From NCBI RefSeq assembly GCF_036321535.1, contig NC_087437.1, positions 50,780,001 through 50,844,000 of the forward strand: DNA of 64,000 bases. Direction: 5' to 3'. Numbering within the stretch: the stretch's first letter is position 1; every line of letters begins with the position of its first letter. Under the pieces are notes generated by a model, which was not told the DNA's origin, made no database searches, and was given only the letters and a program-made list of their open reading frames with translations. This document shows positions 49,279-62,346 of this stretch, in pieces. Source of the DNA: Camelus dromedarius. Taxonomy: Eukaryota. The position numbers and the translations under genes are program-made.

Positions 49279-49350
<72 letters not shown>
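49279..49350. repeat. Perfect (AC)36 microsatellite
   Basis: 72 nt of uninterrupted AC. Confidence 0.97.
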
Positions 49351-49353
<3 letters not shown>

Positions 49354-50202
49354 GAGGGACCTCTACAGGTAGTGTGTTAAATGGATATGTGGTTCCCATT
49401 GGAGAGTGGGACTGGAGTCAATGAGGGACAGAGAGACTTTAACTTTTAACTTCACATCCTTCTATACTATTTGTAATTTACACAAACATTATGGGTTATT
49501 TTCATTGGTAAAATAAAGATGTATTCATAAATATTTTTTAAATTATTTTATCTTTGTTACTCACTCCATATACATAGGTTTCAAAGGTTTCCAACTTGCT
49601 CCTCAATAATATTTTTAGAATACTACCTGACATTTATAAACATAATTGACCACTACGGCAAAATGCTGATGGTTGTTGAAGCTAGGTGATGAGTAAGGTC
49701 TGTAAGACTACCCTATTTTCGTGATTTCTTAAAATTTTCACAATTAAAAGCTATCCCCAACGGTTAGTGTAAAATGACTAAGTTACAAAATGAGATAAGA
49801 CAGTCTTCTTATTGCCTTCAGTGCACATAAGATGCATGTGTGGGGTGGAACCCCTAAACAGTGCAAAATAACTTGGACATAATGATTGGGTATTTTTAAT
49901 TATTTATGTTAAGCTAATATCAAAAATTACATAAAAATGTGGCTTTTAAAATAGAGGCCTTGAGCAGAAACAAGTATAAAACCCTACATGTACTATGAAC
50001 CCAAAGCTAAACACATAATTCTTTTTAATAATACTTTTGAAATATTTAGCATCGTTTTGGATGCTCTGACTACACAAAAACATGAAATGGAAATAAAAGG
50101 TAAAACTACCACAAACAAATGGCCAGAAGGAGTTATCACTATTCAGCTTTGGCATGACCGTCAGTCATTATTTAGCAAATATTTACTGGGCATCTATGTG
50201 TT

Positions 50203-50204
<2 letters not shown>

Positions 50205-50236
<32 letters not shown>
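50205..50236. repeat. (AC)16 microsatellite
   Basis: Directly visible. Confidence 0.95.
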
Positions 50237-50239
<3 letters not shown>

Positions 50240-50289
50240 AACACACAAGAGAACTGTAAAAGTATCAGATTTCATGGTTTTATAAAATA

Positions 50290-52270
50290 GCAGATTACAA
50301 CGTAAATATCCCCAATCAGTATTTTATACTCCAGCAATAACTGGTGAAAAGATAAGAAAAAAAGATTACATTTACAATAGCAACAACAATAAAAAAAAAA
50401 AAAAACACAAAGTGCTAAGGAATAACCTTAAAAAGGACTGTGTTAGATCTATGTGAAAAGAACAAAAAACCTCAAATATAAAATATTTGAATGAGACATA
50501 TTTCTAGAAGGAAAAAAATTTCAAATCTTAAAATGTTAATTCTTACCAAATTAAGTTATAGTCCTATAGAATTCTATTCAAAATTAAAGGAAACTTGTGG
50601 TGATGGAGGTGATTAACAGGATAATTATATAGTTTATTTGAAAGAATTAAAAAGGCTAAAGGGTTCTTACAGCACAGGGAAATATATTCAATATTTTGTA
50701 GTAGCTTACAGTGAAAAAGAATATGAAAACAAATATATGTATATGCATGTATGACTGAAGTGCTGTACACCAGAAATTGACACAATATTGTAAACTGACT
50801 ATACCTCAATTTTAAAGAAAGGCTAAAGGGTTAAGAAAATGTTTTTAAACAAAATGATTGATGGAAAAAGGAGTATCTCCTAGAAGATATTTAAAGATAT
50901 TAGGTAGCAATAATGATCCAAACTATGTGGAACTGTTATAAAAATAAACAGAAGAGTAAACAGAAAGACCCAGAAACAGACTATAAATCCTAAACTTAAT
51001 ATGTGAAGAAGGAGGCATCACCAATTAACAAAGGAATATTCAATAAAATGCTCCTGTGAAAATTTAGTCTCTTATCACAGACAAAAACATATAGAGATTT
51101 AAAATCAAATGTAAAAAAAATAAATAAATAAAACCATTAAAACACTAGAATAAAATTGATGATTATCTATTTGTTCTTTATTAAAGGGTATAAAAGCAAT
51201 AGAAATCACAAAATAATAGATTTATAGATTTGTCTACCCAAAATCTTAAAACCTTTATATGTTAAGTCACCAAAAGTAAAATTATAAAATGAATAGCAAA
51301 CTGAAAAAATTTTTTAAATCTGCTATAAAATTTACAAAGACTTAATATATTTGACATAGAAAAAAACCTACACAAAAATGTCTTGGTCCCAAAGAACACA
51401 TGAACAAGTCATAGGGCAAAAGTTCAAACAGCAAATAAAGTTTTTAAAAATCATTCTAGTTCACTAGTAATTTTTAAAATTCAGTTAAAATGAATATTAT
51501 GCCATTTTTATCAAACAAACAAAAATTCAAATAATGTTACCAAAGAGGGCTAACAACACTGCAGGTATTGTGCGATGCACTTAACATGCATTACTGCAAA
51601 ACCCTGTCATTTCCCCCATTTGACATACGAGGAAACAGATGATCACAATGCTGATAAAGAGATCTGGTGAAATCAAGAAACCCCACACACAAACATAATC
51701 TGTTGACAGGCCACTAAAATGGTGTAAGTTTTCTGGAAGGCAATATGACCAATGTATTTTAAAACTTAGTACTCATACTCTTTGAGCTAATGATAACATT
51801 TTCTAGAACTCTATCCTTAATGAAACAGTTTGAAGTGTATGAAATGTATGCAAAGATTTCTGAACAAAGATGGTCCTTGCATTAAAAAAAAATGACATTG
51901 AAAAACTGGAAACAACCTATACACCCAACATTAGGGGAATATTTAAATAAATTACAGTACATCTATGTAGTAAAAAATTATAAATCCATTAAATTATTGT
52001 TTATAAAAATGTTTTACAATATATGATATTACAATTTAATTTATAATATAGTTTTAAAAACCATAATTATATATGTAATATGTATGCTGTATATAAAGGG
52101 AGATAGATCATATCATTTTTTGATATGATTTTACTATGTAAAAATGCCAAAGAAAAGAAAACTAGGACATATGCTCAAAGGATAACTGATCTTGGCCAGG
52201 AGATGAAATTGCAGACTTTCTCTGTTGTACTTTTCTGTTTTTTCCAAATATTAGACAATGAGCATATATT
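50290..52270 (+). mobile_element. Ancient L1 (L1ME-type) ORF2/3' remnants
   Basis: attacatttacaatagcaacaa, aaaatgttaattcttaccaaatta, aaaaactggaaacaacct; very A-rich. Confidence 0.6.
50666..50817 (+). mobile_element. Young camelid-type L1 3' tip with perfect 15-bp TSD
   Basis: TSD AAAGGCTAAAGGGTT (50651-50665 / 50818-50832) at a TT/AAAA site; tgtacaccagaaattgacacaa.attgtaaactgactatac. Confidence 0.9.
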
Positions 52271-52284
52271 TTTTTCTGTAGTTT

Positions 52285-54040
52285 TTGTTTTTTAAGATTT
52301 TTTTAAACAGATATACAGTATAATTCTCTTTTTGGTGTATAGTTGCCTGAGTTTTGATAAATGCACAGAGTTCTTTAACCATCCTCACAATCAGGACATG
52401 GAATAGTCCCATATACCTTTATAGTCAAACCACCTCCTCCCCAAACTTAACCCATGACAACCACTCCATCCCTATAGTTTAACCCTTTCCCTATGTCATA
52501 TAAATGGAATCATTTAATATGTGCCTTTTGAGCCTTTCGTCTTAAGCTTAGCATATGCATTTCAGATTTATTCATGTTGCTGTATCTATCAATAATTCAC
52601 TTCTTTTTATTGTTGAATATTCCATCGTACAAATGTGCCACAAGTTGTTTATCCATTCCCCAGGTGAGGGACATTTGGGTTGTTTCCAGTTTTTAGTGAT
52701 TAAGAATAAAGCTGCTGTTAACGTTAACTACTTATTTTTGTGTGACCATATGTTTTCATTTCTCTTGGGGTAGGACTGCTGGGTTGCATAAGTGAATGTT
52801 TAACTTTATAAGAAACTGCCAACCATTTATTTATTTATTACTGCCAAAGTGGCTGTACCATTTTACACTCCCACCAACACTGTTTGAGATCCAGACCCTT
52901 CTCATTCTATGACTTGCTATTGTCATTTGTTTCATTTTGTTTTTTATTGAAGTATAGCCGTTTACAATGTTGTGTCAATTTCTGGTGTACAGCATAATGT
53001 TTCAGTCATACATACACATATATATTCCTTTTCATATTCTTTTTCATTATAGGTTACTACAAGATATTGAATATAGTTCCCTGTGCTTCACAGTAGAAAC
53101 CTGTTGTTTATCTATTTTATATACAGTAGTTAGTCTCTGCAAATCTCAAACTCCCAACTTATCCTTTCCCACCCCCTTTATTCTCATTTTTTAACCACCC
53201 TAGTAAGTGAGCAATTTCCCCAATGATTACTGATGTTGACCATATTTTCCTGTGCTTATTTTCCATCTGTATATCTTCTTTGATAAAGTATCCATTCAAT
53301 TTTTTTTGCCTATCTGTAAATTGGGTTGTTTGTTTTTTATTTATCATTGAGTTTGAGAGTTCTTTATGTATTCTGGATAAAAGTCTTTTGTCAGATATGT
53401 GACTCGTAATTTTTTCCCCCAGTTAGTTGTCTTTTCATTCTCTCACGGTATTTTTTGCAGAGAAAACATCTTTAATTTTAATGAAATCCAATTTATCAAA
53501 TTTTTCCTCCATGAATCCTGCTTTTGGTGTCAACCTCAGGTCACAAAGATTTCCTCCTATGGTTTCTAACAGATTTCTAATAGGTTTCCATTTAGGTCCA
53601 TGATCCACTTTGAGTTAATTTTTGTATAAGGGGTGAGGTATAGGTGAAGGTTTATTTTTTGAATATAGAGGCTCAATTGTCCCAGCAACTTTGCTGGAAA
53701 TTGCCTTTACACTTTTCTCTACTGAATTGCCTATACACCTTTGTCAAAAATCAATTGGCCATATTTGTGTGGGACTATGTCTGGATTCTCTATTCTGGTC
53801 CACAGATATATGTATCTGTCCTTTTGCTAATACCACACTGCCTTGATTACTTTGCTTTGTAGAAATTCTTTTTGCCTATTATAGTACCTTTTAACTGAAT
53901 ATAAATTTTAAAATCAGCTGGTTGATTTCTACAAAAAAAAAAACAAAAAAAACCTTGACAGACTTATGACTAGAGTTGTGTTTAATTATAGATCAATTTG
54001 GGGAGAACTGATATGATTGACTCTTTTAATCTTAAATACA
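52285..54040 (-). mobile_element. Old L1 (L1MB/MC-type) 3' region, with a nested young L1 tip
   Basis: ggacatttgggttgtttccagtttt, aaagtggctgtaccattttacactcccacca, tatgtattctggataaaagtcttttgtcagatatg, ccactttgagttaatttttgtataagg. Confidence 0.85.
52936..53179 (-). mobile_element. Young camelid-type L1 3' end
   Basis: ttttattgaagtatagccgtttacaatgttgtgtcaatttctggtgtacagc...caaatctcaaactccca. Confidence 0.88.
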
Positions 54041-54514
54041 AGCCACATATTACTTTTATAAACAGAGTTTTTAACGCCCTTATGAAATACCATGTAATTT
54101 CTTCTGCTTCTTTTTTAGATTATACCACAAAGCCATAGAAAATGATGAACATGATCTTTCTTTTTAAAATCTGGCTTGGTCTTCCTAAGGAGCTGAAGGA
54201 GAAAATGCTCTCGCCACACCTGAAGGGCAAACCAGGTTTGAGGAGTGGAATTTTCCTTCTCATTTCTGCACCATATGTCAAGGTCTAAATCCCATTTCAC
54301 AGCCTGAGGGATTTTTTTCCTCCTTTGTCAGCAAAGCTTCTTTTGGTTGCTGGAGGGATAAATAATGCAACAGAAACAAAATGGAATGCAAAGTAGAGGG
54401 ATGGGGGTGAGGGAGTTCATGACACTCATCTTTCTAGTCTAGGTCCTGCACCAGACCTTTCTGACCAGCGGGGGGAGAAAAAGAGGGGAAAGAATAACTT
54501 TAAGTGGAGTATAA

Positions 54515-54760
54515 TCTGTAAAGCTTTGAATTACTATGTTAGACATCTGAAACTAATATAGTATTGTAAATCAACTACATCTCAATACAAATTTTTTATA
54601 AAAAAATGAACAAACAAAAAAGTAACTATGGGAGGTGATGGATATGTTGTTAGATTGCTGTAATCATTTCACAGTGTATACATATATCACATTGTACACT
54701 TTAAATATATACAATTTTATTTGTCAAAAATAAATAAATACAATTTTTAATGAAAAAACA
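54515..54760 (+). mobile_element. L1MA-type 3' terminal fragment
   Basis: ctgaaactaatata.tattgtaaatcaacta; gtaactatgggaggtgatggatatgtt...aatcatttcacagtgtatac...acaattttatttgtcaa. Confidence 0.75.
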
Positions 54761-57279
54761 AAAGAGAGAGAAAAAAGAGAAGGGAGCCATAGGGGAGGGA
54801 AGGAGCCAGTGACATGGAGAAGGGAGAACCTGTGAAGCCCCCAGGTGCTGGGAATGGCCACAGGACATTTTAAACACAGTGATGCCTCCAGCTCCATTTC
54901 AAAGTGTCTGTATTTCTAGACTACAAACACCTCCTTTCTCATCTTCAGAAAATTCTCCTGAACCCTCTAACCTTTTATGTGCATAAGTTTTGAGATAGTG
55001 AGGAAAAGAGTTGAGCTTCACAACTGAATCACCAAGTGTACAGCGAAGCAGCACACGTGGAGGACAGAGAAGCAGTGAGGCCGGGAGACCACAAGGAGAG
55101 AAGCCCGTGAGATGAGGGAGGAACGGGGGAGTGATGGCTGACTGGCTAAAATTTTTCCTTCTATAGCTTACGGCTTAACATCTGCCTCCCTGTCAGACTG
55201 TAAACTCCAGGAGAACCTCGCATTCCCCTAATCCCCCAGTATACCTGAGGAGCAGTGCAGGACGCTGGGGCTGCAGCAGGGGAGGTGGCCAGGTATTGGC
55301 TTTCACAGAGCCTATGGCCTCCCGCAGGGGTCACGGCTGCTCCTTCACACCCCGATCCTAGCCCCTGGCCTGGTGCCAGGGTCTCAGTAAATGTGGTTAG
55401 TCTTAAATCAGAGGTTAAATACTGAGAACAGGCAGACAGACCTCTTTCCCCTCGGTGATTGAATTAATTCTAGCTTCCCTGGGTATAGAAAAAGAATAGG
55501 GCTAAAATGAATTTAAACTGATCTGATAACAGGTTTAAAAGAACAGACATACAAACTGAAACCTGGTTGGACAGGATCTGGGATCAGATAAGGGAAGACC
55601 AGTGTGCTCAAACATTTGGGGCACCTGTAGTTTGTCCACCTGTATGTTTTGAATCTCCCTCATAGTAAAGTCCTCTAAATATAGGGACTGTTCCATAATA
55701 AGTAAGAGAGTACGCTGATGCTGTTACCTCACTGTTATATTATAATCGGGGCTATAATTTTATTAGCTTTTTTCCATAAGACTCTGGTGCTTAGCACAGG
55801 AAGTGTCAAGAAGGCAGCACTCCCCAAAATTTCTTCCTTGACAAAGGCTTATTCTTGTCTAAGTGTCACATGTTTATCACCTTTGGATGTTTAAGGACTA
55901 TAAAGTAAATCTTCAGATTTTAAATGACAGTTTTCCTTTGGAAGACAGTGATTATTAATAAATGAGTATTTCAAGTGGCTGGTAAAATACTTATACTCAG
56001 GAAACATGATTTTAGCTTCCACTGGATTTTTCGAAAGATTTTTAAAACCACTAATAACATGTCTATCATTTACTGGTTTATATTCCATTCAATAATTGAA
56101 TTGTGTGTCAACCCATAGGCCTTGAAGCTAGCCAATCCTGACTTCTAATTCTGACCTTTCCACTCAGTATGACCTTAGGCAAGCTTCTTAATCTATTCAA
56201 ACCTCAAATTTCTACTCCATAAAAATGGACTGTACTTCTAATTAAATTTAATTAAATCAACAGTATATATAAAGCACAATATGTGACACTAAACAGACAG
56301 AAAATAAATGGTAGCTATGTAATATCATTTTAAATATTATTTCCATGTCCCCTAGCCTCTCCAGACTCTTTCCCCCAGAAAAGGATCTATGTATATGAAG
56401 AAGGATAAAAAGTGAGACCACAGATCTGCCTTCTAGCTTGAGGTCATTCCTTCTTTCAAGGCAAAGCTTCTCTGTTGTCCAGGGGATGTTCAGTGACCAG
56501 GGACTGAGCAAAGAGTGGAATAAACGGGACAACCAGTACATGAAGACCAACGCAGTTACCAAAAGCGGCCATTCCCCTTACCCCACCCCAGTTGAAAAGC
56601 TTTCCCCTCTCCACCTACCTAAATCCTCTCCTTCCGTTAGGATCCAGCTCAAGTCATACATCTAGTATGAAGCTTTCTTGAATCACTGAAGCTCACAATA
56701 ACTTCAGCCTCCAAACTTACAGCACTATCTGGACTGACAACCAGTCAGGGACCAACATGTGACTATTTGCACTGTCTCTTGCTATGACTATCAGATTGGG
56801 CCTCGGACTCTCCTCCAGGCCAGTGGTTCACAGGCCTCCTCCCCAAGCTCCTTGGATCCTCTGTCAGCTGGGTGCTGAGGGGCTGGCGGGTTGCTCGGCA
56901 GTCCACAGGTTCCACATCTAATGCTCTCCCCACAACAGCTTGTGGGCTATAGGCCTGGCACAGTGCCTTGCTCCTTGGGGGCACTTCCTAAAAATCTGTT
57001 CACTGCCAGTTGGTATCCTGAGTAGTTGTGGTGCCTAAGCACCAAGGTGGCCACATAAGGGCAGTGGGCCTTGGAATATGCGCCAAAGAAAGAAGCAGCA
57101 CACCGAACACAGCGCTGCCCAAGTATTTAACACCCCTACTAATTCTAAAGGTTGGAAACATAAGGCCAGTGCCTTCTAAGTTACTACATTTGTTTTGAGG
57201 TATCTCCACAGTCTAAAGCCCTCTTCTCTGAGGATTTCCTCCCCCATTCCAAGACCAAGTCAATTTCTGAACTCTCAGC

Positions 57280-57800
57280 TGATATGATCAGAAATGTCGA
57301 AGTTTCCTGTGAGCCAGGCCAATCAGATTCTCCAGAGAAAGAAGTTGTACAGACAGATTCAGAGACTGAGAGTCAGTAGCGACTGTCTCTGGATGTGGAA
57401 AGAAACAATGGCTGGGGATGGCCCTCTGAGTTCATACCCATTGATAAATGAATAGAGTTAATCTGCAGAGATGAGCAGAATGGCACAGACACGAGAGGGA
57501 AGCAGAGACCAGAGACCAGGTGACAGACAGCAAGGAGAGAACAGCGGCCTCAGTTCCTGACGACACCTTTGCTGATGACCCCCTGGAGCTTCCTGCTCTG
57601 AGGTTCTGCGACATCACCCCAGCCTGGAGGGTACGAAGCCCTGAATCCACAGTGCTCCACAGCAGTAGAGATCAGGAATGCAGACTCTGGGGCCAAACCT
57701 CACTGGGCTCAAATCCTGGCCACGCCACTACTAGCAGGGTGCTACAGAATAAACTATTTTGTCCTTTGCTAATTTGAATTAAATACACATGTCTTTAACA
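57280..57800 (+). mobile_element. Very old MaLR-like LTR remnant, possibly with a MIR-like piece
   Basis: aggccaatcagattctc, gagagggaagcagagac, aataaac near the 3' end. Confidence 0.4.
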
Positions 57801-58589
57801 ACATCAATGTGTTAAACTCCAGAATCTAAGTTTATTATACTCATTAGTGCCCACTAATAAGAAATAAGTGCTTGAATTCTGACGAGATAGTCTTCCTTTC
57901 CAGACTCATTAAAATCAACCAGTTCCCATCTCTCACAATGAGCAGAAAAAGAATTTAAACCTATTTGGGGAGAGCTACTTCAGCTGCGAGACTAGGCTCA
58001 GAGGCTCTGTGGCTGGGCCAGGCTCACTCACACCTAACAGGAAGCAGATGTGACAACAGCCTTACCCTTCAGGAAAAATTCCAAGATGCGCAGGACCATT
58101 TCCATTTTGATCCTCAATGATCTTATGTTAAAATTAGATATTTTAAGTATAATTCAGCAGAAATTTCAGGCTACTTGAAGCATTTTTTAAAAAAAACAGG
58201 GAATGCAGATGAGCCTCTGTAGCACAAATATAAGCCCCTCGCCACAGAGGGCCAAGGGAGGCCCTGTTAGGGAGCCAGGCATCCAATGACTGCCCAACAC
58301 CTCCGGCTCCCCGACATGAGAGATCCCTGCACGTAGTTAGTTGCTGGATAACAGGTGGAAGGATGCATTTCCATCTAGCTTAGCTCTCTTAAAAATGATC
58401 TACAGTTATTTAACATTCAAGGCACCCAACACTGGCAAAACACAGAGAAAACATTTGAGGCCAGTTTACTAGAAGTTTGCAAAAATGCCAGTATGGCAAA
58501 CACAGTAGCTTGCCTGAAACAACACAGATGAAGGAAGGCTGTGTGGATGAAGCACATTTTCTCCATGAATATACACAAGGTAAAAAGCC

Positions 58590-59050
58590 AAGGAGATGTT
58601 CTGCTTTACCCTGGAACTCAGAATGCTGGAAAGAGGCTCACTCTCACCGTGAAAAGAAAAGCCAGATAAACTACAAAAGTATAACCTGTCTTGAACCCAT
58701 CAAGCAGATAAGAAGAATTCGCCTAAAAGTTTTAAACAAATTGTGAAAGGCTGAGTGAGCCAGGATGTGAGGGGTGTTGACAGCCACCCGCAACTCTTTT
58801 TCCTGGATTGGGGACTGAGTGGGAGACTGGAGGGCAGACCTGGAGGAGGGGAGGTGCCCAGGAAAACACTTTTCTCCCTACAGATGGACAGACAAAAGCC
58901 TTCAGCTCCTGAGGGGAGAGCAGCCAACCCTCTAACTGGACTCCGGGGCCCAGGTGAAGACCCACTGCAGTGGAGAAGAGTAAAACAAAAAAACAACCGC
59001 TCATCCTGGGGGAAGCATAGAAGACTCTCAAAGAAGAGCTACCACAGAGT
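58590..59050 (+). mobile_element. Possible ancient L1 5'-end remnant
   Basis: aaagccagataaactacaaaa...tcttgaacccatca pattern seen in old L1 5' ends. Confidence 0.35.
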
Positions 59051-60559
59051 CTGATTCAAATTACTTGATTCACATTATCTTAAAGCACTTGCAAAAACAG
59101 CCCAGATCCAGTGCTTTGTGTGAATTTTTGCCCACACAGGGGTGATAAAATGTGGAACAGCAGCCCCTCTGCCCCACAATGGCCTCACCATCTCCAAAGT
59201 GCACTGTGTGAGAGGCATGTTCTTAGGGCGCCTTGAACTACTCTCTTTCTCCGCTACCCGGAACAGCCCAGGCTAGCTGCAAAGAGAGAAGCAAGGAGAG
59301 CAGCTGACCCTCAGCAGGAGGACAGATTATTGCACACTCCCTCAAGGCAACCACTCACAGTCTCCGCTGCTGCCAGAGTTAAGGTGTAGGGTCCAGTGGC
59401 CTTCTCATATCCTCCGCCACCCTTGCCTCACTTCCTCTGCCCATGTCGGCCCCACTGCTTCCTCCTGCAGGCATTGAAGGCGTTTGTTTTCAACCTGTGT
59501 CTCACAAGCTCACACTGTTCAAGCTGCAGTTTCTGGTAAGTACTAGCCGAATGCTGGTAGTGTTCCTCTTAACTGGATTGGAGGGACAACAAAACAATCC
59601 CTTTGTGCTTCTCCTGCTAGTCCATAAAGCAAACAATTGAGGTCATTTTATATTCACAGGGTCCCTTTTGCTGTAGTCCTGAAATGATTTCTTTTTAACA
59701 ACCACATTTGTTATAAAAATATATGACATATAAAATGTGTATAAAATATAAAACAAATATATAAATCAACTATATTATTATTTTTAAAAACTGTGTTTTT
59801 CAAATGTATAGTATAGAGCTCTTCTGGGAAAATAAGCAGAGAGACCAGCATAATTATCACCCTACTTTAGAGATGAGGAAATTTAGGGAATAAAGAAATT
59901 ATATTCAATTAAACATGTGATTCTTGATCTCCTACTAACTACATGGCTAATTCAGCCTACAAAGCCACAAAGCAGTGTTAGTTGGGATTTCCACCCTGAA
60001 GTAAGACACAGTCACTAGAAAAGACTTTATAGTACATGTTCAACCAGCAACCAAAACAAGTACCAATACTTGGATACGAGAGAAAATCCAGACTGCAACT
60101 AAATGCTGGAAAACACATATGAGATGTGACACTGACTATTACAGGTGCTCAGAAAAGGGAGGGAGGCTGGGCCTGGCATGGCCCATTCTGCTCAGGGCTT
60201 AGGGGGAGGGAAGGTGTGAGACAAACCCTGGAAGGTTTAGACAGGCAGGCAGCACACTGTTAGTGAGAAGAACCACAAATGCGACTTAGAAGAAAGTGAG
60301 ACCCAGGAAGGCTAGAAGGCCAGGACCAGGGCCTTTTCCAATCCATTCAAACAGAACAAATAGGAAAAGAGCTTCTTCATGAATAATGCCAGGTACCAGC
60401 TAAACCTAAGGACAGGAAGATGAATCAGACAACATCCCTGCCCTCAGGGAGCATACAGGGAGAGGGGTAAGGCAGAAATCTTTGCCCAGGACTCAGTTAA
60501 CATAAATATCCACCAAAAATTTATTTACAAGTAGCAGCAAGAATTTCTGCCTTGCTGTA

Positions 60560-60773
60560 ACAGAAAGAACATAGGCTTTGAAATTAGACCTCAGTTCAAA
60601 TTCTGTCTCTATCTCCTAGTAGCACAAAGGCTTTGAGAAATTTTCTTAACTTGTTTCTCTTTTTCTTTCTAATTTTGCCATCTACCAAAATGAGAGTAAT
60701 AATACCTACTTTTCTGAGTTTTAAAGATACAAAAGCACATGGTCAAGGGCCTCACACTCAATAAATGTGAGCT
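60560..60773 (+). mobile_element. MIR remnant
   Basis: gaaagaacataggctttg..agacctcagttcaaattct...aataatacctac...ctcaataaatgtgagc. Confidence 0.7.
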
Positions 60774-60776
60774 TTC

Positions 60777-62346
60777 TTTTTTTTTTTTTTAATGGATGTT
60801 CATCTTACCAAAAACCTTTCAATAGAAAACCAAAACAGAACAGAGAAGTTGCTCTCATTACATCTTCCTCCACCCTCTTCTTCCCACCTTCAGTCTAAGG
60901 TCTAATTTTATGCTACTTTTAAGCATTTACCAGTATATTAGTTCATATGTGTAACTGTCATCTGAGAAAAGATCTATTCTAGAACCAAAGGAGAGAATGA
61001 GAATGATCTGGGATCCTTTCCCCACCAATATTTACTTTGAAGGATTTAAGAGATGTTTTATTGACTATGTAATTTGAATCTTCTTACAATGAAAAGAGAA
61101 ATGTCTAATATGTAAAGTAATGAATGAAAAAAAAAGTTTATCCTAAATCATCACTGAGTACAAAATCCACAGCTTAACAATGTGATTTAGAGAGAAAGCA
61201 GGAGAGCATGCAACTGCTCTAACACATAGGATTAGAAATAAAAGATAAACGTACATTTGTTCTGGTAATCCTAAATATACAAATATAACATTTACCAGAT
61301 CTACCCTGTAGTGTAGCATTGTTTAAGTTCGAAATATATAGTCATTCAAAAACCTTAAGGAAACATTAAAAATGTTCCAGGCTATTCCACTGAACATTAA
61401 TGAAAACTGTGTTCTTGAGATATTAGAGCTAAAAATACTATTGTTTTTAAAGTTAAATGGCTAAGAGAATAATAAAGTATCATTATTTTACACTCTTTTT
61501 AATCCCACAGATGGCTGTATAGTAAAGGGATCAATTATGTTAAAAAGAGCCTGATCTAACAAAGAGACATCAGCTCCAGAATAAGTTGTTGTCTTGGAAG
61601 AATGTCAAAATTTATAACACTTCCGAAGCATTTTCATATTAATCTACTATGAAATTCTAGATAGTTTAATCAAGGGGGGTTCCCTATTTAACACTCCTTT
61701 TATTCTACACTGTGGTAGTGGAATGGAACCCCTATAGTGCTACTGTGGATAAGTTCTCTAGGTTCTGATCTGACTCTCAAAATGACATCCACGTTTAGTG
61801 TTAAATTACTGACCTCTAGGAAATAAGGAATCAAAACCATTGAGAAGCACAGAACTGATATTTTGGTTGGGGAGAAGGGTAAAGATTGAATTGGAACATT
61901 TAGTTACTTCTACAATCAAGTCCTAACTATAATAAAGTCTCAACCAACTCCTGATTAGTTATGCTTTAGGAATTACATACTATACAGTGATTAGATACTG
62001 AAGAAAATAAAGAAGAATATTTGAAAATACATCAAGAAATAGAAACATGGAATTTCTCACAAGGTCCTGGATCAAAAAAATTTACAAAAAGATCTTTTGA
62101 AAATAATCACTATTTGTGAGCTTATTAACACACGGAGACCATCACTTTGTTTAAACTAAGTCATGTTAACTTACCAATAAAACAGTAAACAAACCAACAT
62201 TTTAAACAACTTTATAAATTATTTGTCCTTTCTTTTGTTAACAAACTTCACTCTCTCCACAATATACAAAGATAATGCAACAAGACTATCCACCAAACCT
62301 ATCTCCATCTTTTGCAAAGTCCTGGGCCCTGGAAAGAGAATGGTCA
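60777..62346 (-). pseudogene. RPRD1A: Probable 3'UTR and poly(A) remnant of the RPRD1A retrocopy (left boundary uncertain)
   Basis: Repeat-free AT-rich sequence continuous with the stop codon; minus-strand AATAAA near 61060 and 61700; T14 run at 60777-60790. Confidence 0.5.

Noticed and set aside
49150..49350. (CV)n low-complexity ORF
   Set aside because: Translation of the (AC)36 microsatellite and SINE
58067..58121. Strong minus-strand donor (AAG|gtaagg) as another MCF2L2 upstream exon
   Set aside because: The ATG-containing frame ends in phase 0 (incompatible with exon 2), the phase-1 frame has an upstream stop and no ATG, and the acceptor is poor
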